Source of the DNA: a virus
Direction: 5' to 3' (one strand)
DNA: 6,133 bases
Virus record (IMG/VR): IMGVR_UViG_3300045988_027062
Location: 1-6,133 of that record
This document shows, in pieces, positions 1-4,360 of the stretch. Numbering within the stretch: position 1 is the first letter of the stretch; each line of letters begins with the position of its first letter. Position numbers and translations under genes: made by a program. Under the pieces are notes generated by a model. The model searched no databases, was not told where the DNA came from, and worked only from the letters and a program-made list of their open reading frames with translations.

Positions 1-55
1 TCAATGCGTTATTATGTAACATTGCATTGTATAATCGAATTGGACAGAAGAAAAA
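1..55. repeat. Terminal redundancy copy 1: identical to 6079-6133. Wrap-around of a circular 6078-nt genome.
   Basis: Read directly: bases 1-55 (tcaatgcgttattatgtaacattgcattgtataatcgaattggacagaagaaaaa) recur exactly at 6079-6133. The VP1 reading frame is continuous across this junction. Confidence 0.9.
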
Positions 56-304
56 GTCGTTTTGTTGTTTGAAGCTTCCGAACAACGGACCAATTGTTGG
101 GTGTGTTAATGTATGACACCTTGTTTTGATTGGAAATGTATCTCCTGGTAGTATTAATTGCTTCATTGTTGGTACTAGGACTCCTGGTGCCATACTTGTC
201 CTGCATACAAAACTCAAATCGTGTGTACTACGGTTATAATTGTTTAACCGTGTTGTCATTTTTTTACCACCGCCGAGGGTGTTTTTCCCAATTGCTACTT
301 TCAT
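1..304 (-). CDS. VP1: VP1 N-terminal segment; the same gene as 4361-6133, joined through the circular junction. Candidate starts are ATG 304-302 (ATGA overlap with ORF D's stop) or ATG 259-257.
   Basis: The minus-strand frame with codons at 302-304 ... 20-22 has no stop from 316 down to position 1 and is in frame with the 6100 ORF via 1-55 = 6079-6133. Translation from 304: MKVAIGKNTLGGGKKMTTRLNNYNRSTHDLSFVCRTSMAPGVLVPTMKQLILPGDTFPIKTRCHTLTHPTIGPLFGSFKQQNDFFFCPIRLYNA|MLHNN... This parallels the phiX174 F N-terminus: PHDLSHLGF, IAGDSFE and FTFYVPHRHVY correspond to HDLSF, LPGDTF and FFFCPIRLY. The His falls at residue 13 if the start is M259, as in phiX174 F. Confidence 0.8.
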   Translation of the reverse strand, partial: MKVAIGKNTLGGGKKMTTRLNNYNRSTHDLSFVCRTSMAPGVLVPTMKQLILPGDTFPIKTRCHTLTHPTIGPLFGSFKQQNDFFFCPIRLYNAMLHNNAL

Positions 305-576
305 TTTTCTTCGTTTTTAGAGTTATTTAATTCTTCTTGTAAAATAATATCTCTTAGTTGTGAATACATAGCTCCGATAATGGAGAGTTCTAAATTATTT
401 AGGTTGAAATTTTCTTGAAGAAATTTTTCAGCTTCCTCTCTACTATCAAATACGATGGGTGATACATTATACTTACCGAGTGTAAATATATATTTATCTT
501 CTTCGTTTACTTTAATTGCATTAATTTTTACCACGCTTTGGTCTTTTGCCCAATTTACTGTTTCTTGTTGATCCAT
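301..576 (-). CDS. Accessory ORF D, hypothetical acidic 91-aa protein. Its TGA stop overlaps the candidate VP1 ATG (ATGA at 301-304).
   Basis: ORF on the coding strand with about 17 acidic versus about 10 basic residues. Stop/start overlap with VP1 is read directly. Confidence 0.45.
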   Translation of the reverse strand: MDQQETVNWAKDQSVVKINAIKVNEEDKYIFTLGKYNVSPIVFDSREEAEKFLQENFNLNNLELSIIGAMYSQLRDIILQEELNNSKNEEK

Positions 577-578
577 AA

Positions 579-857
579 TTAAATGTTTTTAGTTGCTTCA
601 ATTTTTGTTAATATAACTCTACTTTTGCGTAATTCATTTTCTAGCCGTTCTGCTTCCTTAAATAGACAGCAGTTCATGACTACCCGGAACCCTTTGACAC
701 AACAGCCTGTATCCCATTCGAACCCTTCCCACATGAGTGCGTAACTACCTTCGCTAAATGATTCAAATGGAATTTTAGCGCTTCTTATCCATTCTTTTTT
801 CCGGAATTTCCCGTATTTCGTTATTGATGGTATCATTGTGATGTGCGGTTGAATCAT
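579..857 (-). CDS. Accessory ORF C, hypothetical 92-aa protein. Its first 83 nt overlap ORF B in another frame, and it contains a CC-x9-CC cysteine cluster. The real start may be an internal Met (e.g. M42 at 734).
   Basis: Six-frame ORF on the coding strand, overlapping ORF B. Cys pairs at residues 52-53 and 63-64. Confidence 0.4.
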   Translation of the reverse strand: MIQPHITMIPSITKYGKFRKKEWIRSAKIPFESFSEGSYALMWEGFEWDTGCCVKGFRVVMNCCLFKEAERLENELRKSRVILTKIEATKNI

Positions 858-1017
858 TTTGACATTTGTTGTTTACATTTACAGTGTTCCCGGAGATCCT
901 CCAGGTACTACCACACCCTTCAAATATATAGGATATTGCTAATAATATAGCTGCACCTATAATACTTGCTACTGTTTTCCAGTTCTCTTTTAAAAATTGT
1001 TTAATTTCATTTTTCAT
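775..1017 (-). CDS. Accessory ORF B, 80-aa small membrane protein. It has a charged N-terminus, one transmembrane helix (TVASIIGAAILLAISYIF) and a polar, basic C-terminal tail. Candidate lysis/membrane effector.
   Basis: Hydrophobic 18-residue segment read directly from the translation. The ORF is tightly packed against ORF A on the coding strand. Confidence 0.5.
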   Translation of the reverse strand: MKNEIKQFLKENWKTVASIIGAAILLAISYIFEGCGSTWRISGNTVNVNNKCQNDSTAHHNDTINNEIREIPEKRMDKKR

Positions 1018-1326
1018 TCAATAAAGTCTTTTAATGTTAGTTGTATAGTTTGAGTTCGCTTCTTTCATTTTCCGTGCTAAAAGTACAGCTTCTTTTTTAG
1101 AAAAGCAAATTATATACTTTGAGTACATTTTTCCTTGTTCGTCAAATTTGCTGTACATTACTTCGTATCTGTGTCCACATTCTTTCCTTTCACCTTCGTG
1201 AATAATTTCCCATTCATCTGAACTTGGATAGTATTTCCACCACTCAAGAGCTTGGAGTTCGTTTTTGAAATACATCGATATGATGATTTTTTTCTCGATG
1301 TGTTTTAATAATAACAGTATTTTCAT
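1018..1326 (-). CDS. Accessory ORF A, hypothetical 102-aa protein.
   Basis: First ORF after the intergenic region, on the same strand as all the other genes. Stop TGA at 1018-1020 directly abuts the ATG of ORF B (TGAATG). No motif recognised; the call rests on coding context only. Confidence 0.45.
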   Translation of the reverse strand: MKILLLLKHIEKKIIISMYFKNELQALEWWKYYPSSDEWEIIHEGERKECGHRYEVMYSKFDEQGKMYSKYIICFSKKEAVLLARKMKEANSNYTTNIKRLY

Positions 1327-1614
1327 AATTTTGTTTTTTGATTACACTCCAAAGATAGTGCAAATATCCCATTTTACGAACAAATATCCCCATTTTAACT
1401 TGGCTTATTAACATTTTTAACTATTGCCCGATTCCTGCAAGGAATACAGCGAAACGAGCTCCGCCGTTGAGCGTATGAATTAAGGAAAGCGGAGCTTTCC
1501 GCCTTATACATTTTAAAATACTGTCTACGTTACTTCCGCAAACGCTCGCCTAATTGCGGAGACTGCGATTAGGCGTTTGTGTTTGTGGAATGATGTCACT
1601 AACCTCTCTCAGTA
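1327..1614. promoter_or_regulatory. Main non-coding region between the VP4 stop and ORF A's start, AT-rich with repeats and hairpins. Candidate promoter, replication origin or packaging region.
   Basis: 288 nt with no substantial ORF. Tandem direct repeats at 1361-1397. Hairpins at 1431-1445 (attcc-tgcaa-ggaat), 1484-1500 (ggaaagc-gga-gctttcc, perfect 7-bp stem) with an alternative 8-bp pairing 1457-1464/1490-1497, and 1547-1575 (cgcctaat ... attaggcg, 8-bp stem with 13-nt loop). Confidence 0.55.
1361..1397. repeat. Tandem direct repeat caaatatccc(c)atttta x2, with starts 20 nt apart; possible iteron or regulator-binding site.
   Basis: 1361-1376 caaatatcccatttta and 1381-1397 caaatatccccatttta, read directly. 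Confidence 0.6.
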
Positions 1615-2733
1615 TTAAAGCCATTCATAAATGCTCCCAAGGTTTATGCTCCCTCGACCTGGCCAATTATTATTTTCTAAATATTTCCAATGATCGTATA
1701 CTTTTTTATCCCAATCATTATATTTTCCTTCTTGCATAGGAAATTCGGCCTGTAATGGTAACTCTGTTAGAATTTCCGTGCTGAATTTTTCAGCTTTCTT
1801 TTTAGCTTCTGCGATAGCCCGTCGTTGTTTTTCCTCTTTTCTACGTTCTTTCATAGCATTCCAAGCGATAGGGTCATCTCCCATTACGTCGCGTCCATAT
1901 TCTTGCCAATACCTTCTAAGGTTATCTATTGTTTTCCAATCGTTTGCTTTAACTTTTTCTCCGTATATCCATAGCAGTCCCCTATTTAGGTTATTTATCC
2001 ACATTACTTCTTTTTCTTTTTCTGTGAATATTTTGTTTTTATAGTATTTTGGCATGGCCATCTTGGTACCATTCCGGAATGTATATGTAGCTACGTTGAT
2101 TGTCCTGTAGTTTTGTTTTTGCCATAGATAGTCTAATCGATCCATGTATCCAGCTCCAATTCCGGAACTGGCTAATACGATTTGTTTGAATGTAGGGTGT
2201 TTAGTATCTACTTTTAGCATGTATTTTGTCATATAGTTGACGCTTCTGCTATTACAATAATTTCCTATAAACACAAATCCGTATTTCCAATGTTTTCTAA
2301 TTAGTTCGGCTGTTTTTTGGCCGAAGAATATACCGTGTAAGTGTATTCTGTCTTTTTTTTCCCCCAGTTCGGTAACACACCAGTGTTTTACGCTTTTTCC
2401 TGTATCTTTTCTTACCCGTTCTAGAAATAATCTTATAGCTTTTGTTGCTATTTCGTTTGGGTTTTCTTCCCAGTTTAGACCGCTTTGTTTTTCAATCTCT
2501 TTTATACCTTCTGGGCTTACCGTTAATGTAGTAAAATACCCAAAATTCGATCTCAGTTCTTCTTCTAGCCTTACTCTCCATTCCCTTTGTTTTTCTTTTC
2601 GACATTCGATACAATTTCCGCATTTCGCAGGTATATAAAGGAGCCGCTTATCTTTGCAGATAGGCGGTTTTCCTTTATTTTTTTTATTAGGTTTATATTT
2701 AGGATTTTTTACGTATTTAGGATATAAACACAT
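1615..2733 (-). CDS. VP4: Replication initiation protein VP4 (rolling-circle HUH endonuclease, phiX174 gpA-like), 372 aa.
   Basis: Read directly: RCR motif I-like FTTLTV, motif II HLHGIFF (HUH), and motif III VNYMTKYMLK (two catalytic Tyr in YxxKYxxK spacing, as in phiX174 A YVAKYVNK). The N-terminus MCLYPKY matches the conserved C..P start of microvirus Rep proteins. Cys pairs (C..C / CGNCIEC) suggest a zinc-finger element. Confidence 0.9.
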   Translation of the reverse strand: MCLYPKYVKNPKYKPNKKNKGKPPICKDKRLLYIPAKCGNCIECRKEKQREWRVRLEEELRSNFGYFTTLTVSPEGIKEIEKQSGLNWEENPNEIATKAIRLFLERVRKDTGKSVKHWCVTELGEKKDRIHLHGIFFGQKTAELIRKHWKYGFVFIGNYCNSRSVNYMTKYMLKVDTKHPTFKQIVLASSGIGAGYMDRLDYLWQKQNYRTINVATYTFRNGTKMAMPKYYKNKIFTEKEKEVMWINNLNRGLLWIYGEKVKANDWKTIDNLRRYWQEYGRDVMGDDPIAWNAMKERRKEEKQRRAIAEAKKKAEKFSTEILTELPLQAEFPMQEGKYNDWDKKVYDHWKYLENNNWPGRGSINLGSIYEWL

Positions 2734-2734
2734 A

Positions 2735-3868
2735 TTAGTATGATTCTGTGTATGTTTTTGTTGTTACGGTTTTGCCTTCTCTTTTCGATACTGTATTTGT
2801 CGTGCTCCCTTTTCTCCTAAGTTTATAGAACATATCTACGATGTTTTCTCCGAATTCTAATCCTAATCCAATTCTTTCATTGAGTGTTTGAGATTCCCAA
2901 CGTTCGATTAGTGCTTCTATTTGTTTTCGATAGGTTTCTTTATCCCATTTTTCTTTATCTGCGCGTTCGTTTAATTCTTTTGATTCTGCTTCTAATTTTT
3001 TAATTTGTGCATCTCCAACTTCGACGTCTTTTTGGTATTTTGCAGCTAATGTAATAGCCACGCAGTTATTGTAGTATGCCGCGTCAACTCTCTCCTGGTA
3101 CGTATCTTTAAGGTACTGGTTTTCTATTTTTGCATTTTGAGTATTCCAATAAGCTGTTCTAGCTTCTTCGCTATATTTTGTTGCTAATGCAAACGCTTCG
3201 GATACTTGTGCTCTTGTCAACGCTTCTTTCATTTCGTTAAGACGTTGTAAGGTTTCTTCGGTTTTTTCTTTGGCTTTTGTTAATTGAGTTAAAGCATCTT
3301 TATACTCACCTTCTTTTATCATAAGATCAATCTTTGTTCCTATTTCTTCGATTCGTTTCCACGCTTCGGCAGTGTCTACGCCTCCGATTTTTTTAGCCTC
3401 TTCTTTTGCTTTGCTAGCTTGTGCTTCGGTTAAAGATATTTGCGCGTCGGCCATTCTTCTTTGCTGTTCAATTTGTTGTGCTTGTAGAGCCATTCCTATT
3501 GGATTCCCTTGTGGTTGTTCTGGAGAAGCTTGATGAGCTCCGCCGCTAGCTCCCATTCCTCCAGCTCCGCTTTGTCCATACATTAGTCCAATATTTAATC
3601 CTGCATTTTTTAAGTGTTTTGCTTGGTTTTCAGCATTTGTGTAGTCCCAATAATCTTTGGCATATTGCTGTGATTGTGCAGCTGCTTGTTGTTGATATTG
3701 GTTTTGCAAGGCCATGATCTGTTTGTTATATTTAAACTGCTCTTCCATTGCTTTTCTTGGAGACCAACTTAACCCCAATGCTTGGCTTATACCTCCTGTT
3801 ATAAGTCCTGTTAGACTGCTAGCTCCCGATTTTGCTAACCCTTCTGTAAATAATTCTCCGAATCCCAT
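2735..3868 (-). CDS. VP2: Minor capsid / DNA pilot protein VP2 (377 aa).
   Basis: Gly/Ala-rich N-terminus and Q-rich stretch (QNQYQQQAAAQSQQ). A KNAGLNIGLMYGQ motif resembles the AGLNP(M/L)L core of microvirus VP2/H pilot proteins. A long predicted coiled-coil, K/E-rich C-terminal half follows. It lies immediately upstream of VP4 with a 1-nt spacer (TAA t ATG). Confidence 0.8.
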   Translation of the reverse strand: MGFGELFTEGLAKSGASSLTGLITGGISQALGLSWSPRKAMEEQFKYNKQIMALQNQYQQQAAAQSQQYAKDYWDYTNAENQAKHLKNAGLNIGLMYGQSGAGGMGASGGAHQASPEQPQGNPIGMALQAQQIEQQRRMADAQISLTEAQASKAKEEAKKIGGVDTAEAWKRIEEIGTKIDLMIKEGEYKDALTQLTKAKEKTEETLQRLNEMKEALTRAQVSEAFALATKYSEEARTAYWNTQNAKIENQYLKDTYQERVDAAYYNNCVAITLAAKYQKDVEVGDAQIKKLEAESKELNERADKEKWDKETYRKQIEALIERWESQTLNERIGLGLEFGENIVDMFYKLRRKGSTTNTVSKREGKTVTTKTYTESY

Positions 3869-3890
3869 ATTTTTTTGTTTTGGTTTTTCG

Positions 3891-3910
3891 CCCTTGTAAC
3901 CTTACAAGGG
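3891..3910. repeat. Near-perfect 20-nt palindrome cccttgtaa-cc-ttacaaggg (9-bp arms) about 22 nt upstream of the VP2 start codon. A possible regulatory hairpin or operator.
   Basis: Read directly. In mRNA sense the hairpin is followed by an A-rich leader (cgaaaaaccaaaacaaaaaaat) and then the VP2 ATG. Confidence 0.5.
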
Positions 3911-3954
3911 TTATACATATTACTAGATAATATATGCTACATGCGTACCATTTT

Positions 3955-3994
3955 GTGAAAAATGGAGGGAGAAGGAGTTAAACTCCTGTCTCCC
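3955..3994 (-). terminator. Rho-independent terminator-like element downstream of the 111-aa ORF in coding (minus) sense. An imperfect GC-rich hairpin is followed by a UUUUU run.
   Basis: Plus strand 3967-3994: gggaga aggagtt a aactcct g tctccc (13 bp with 1 bulge). In minus sense the stem is followed by tccatttttcacaaaa. It lies 20 nt after stop codon 4014-4016. Confidence 0.4.
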
Positions 3995-4013
3995 AGCCTT
4001 TTAGATGTGTGGT

Positions 4014-4349
4014 TTATCCCACCGAATCCTGTTGCGAAGGAGTATCTCCAATCTCCTTTGATTCGAGGGCATTTTGTTCCTGTTGTTCTATTTTCCCGTA
4101 GTTTTTTGACTTGGCCAGATTGGCCTGATTAACGGCGTCCATTGCTTGTTGTGCAATTTCCCAACGATCAGTTCGAATATTGTAAGCTGGAAGCACTCCA
4201 TCTTCTCTATTTGTGTAGATAATTGGTGCTCCATCTGTAATTGGTTCATTATTCTCTGTAATTCTTCGAACTTTATCTTCAATAGATTCTCCCACCTGAT
4301 ATTCGTAATTAGTTTTTGGTGGTCTTGGAAAAAATGTTGGTTTTTTCAT
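4014..4349 (-). CDS. Hypothetical 111-aa protein between VP1 and VP2. It has a basic N-terminus and an acidic, Q/E-rich C-terminus. It could be a scaffold/VP3-like or other structural accessory, but this is unproven.
   Basis: ORF with ATG 11 nt downstream of the VP1 stop and stop TAA at 4014-4016. It sits on the same strand inside the structural block. I recognise no motif. Confidence 0.5.
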   Translation of the reverse strand: MKKPTFFPRPPKTNYEYQVGESIEDKVRRITENNEPITDGAPIIYTNREDGVLPAYNIRTDRWEIAQQAMDAVNQANLAKSKNYGKIEQQEQNALESKEIGDTPSQQDSVG

Positions 4350-4360
4350 AATTGTAGTTG

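Noticed and set aside
1-55. Terminal direct repeats as attL/attR of an integrated prophage or as transposon ends.
   Set aside because: The repeat is an exact 55-nt duplication and the VP1 reading frame runs straight through it, which is the signature of a circular contig opened at an arbitrary point. There is no integrase and no host flank.
12-206. Minus-strand 64-aa ORF MQDKYGTRSPS...
   Set aside because: It lies wholly within the region that encodes the conserved VP1 N-terminus (HDLSF/LPGDTF frame), in a different frame, so it is almost certainly a chance ORF. A nested gene cannot be excluded, but nothing supports one.
130-330. Plus-strand 66-aa ORF (and the other plus-strand ORFs at 1554-1739, 1778-2044, 3714-3899, 4146-4364, 4974-5189, 5433-5651).
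   Set aside because: All lie antisense to well-supported minus-strand genes (VP1, VP4, VP2, the 111-aa ORF). They are T/F/L/S-rich, as expected for the complement of an A-rich coding strand. Microviridae transcribe one strand only.
1361-1397. CRISPR array.
   Set aside because: Only two repeat copies with a 4-nt spacer between them; this is not an array. They are better explained as iteron or regulatory repeats.
1327-1420. Bacteroides-type promoter (TTTG at -33, TAnnTTTG at -7) upstream of ORF A.
   Set aside because: I could not find a convincing match to the -7 consensus on the coding strand by eye (gatatttg in the repeats is close but mis-spaced). I am making no promoter call without a proper scan.
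3962-3985. Plus-strand Shine-Dalgarno-like ggagggagaaggag near an ATG.
   Set aside because: No plausible plus-strand gene follows. The purine run is the arm of the minus-strand terminator hairpin.
4088-4282. Same-strand 64-aa ORF nested in the 111-aa gene.
   Set aside because: No TM segment, no start-context signal and no independent support. It is kept only as a note under the 111-aa finding.
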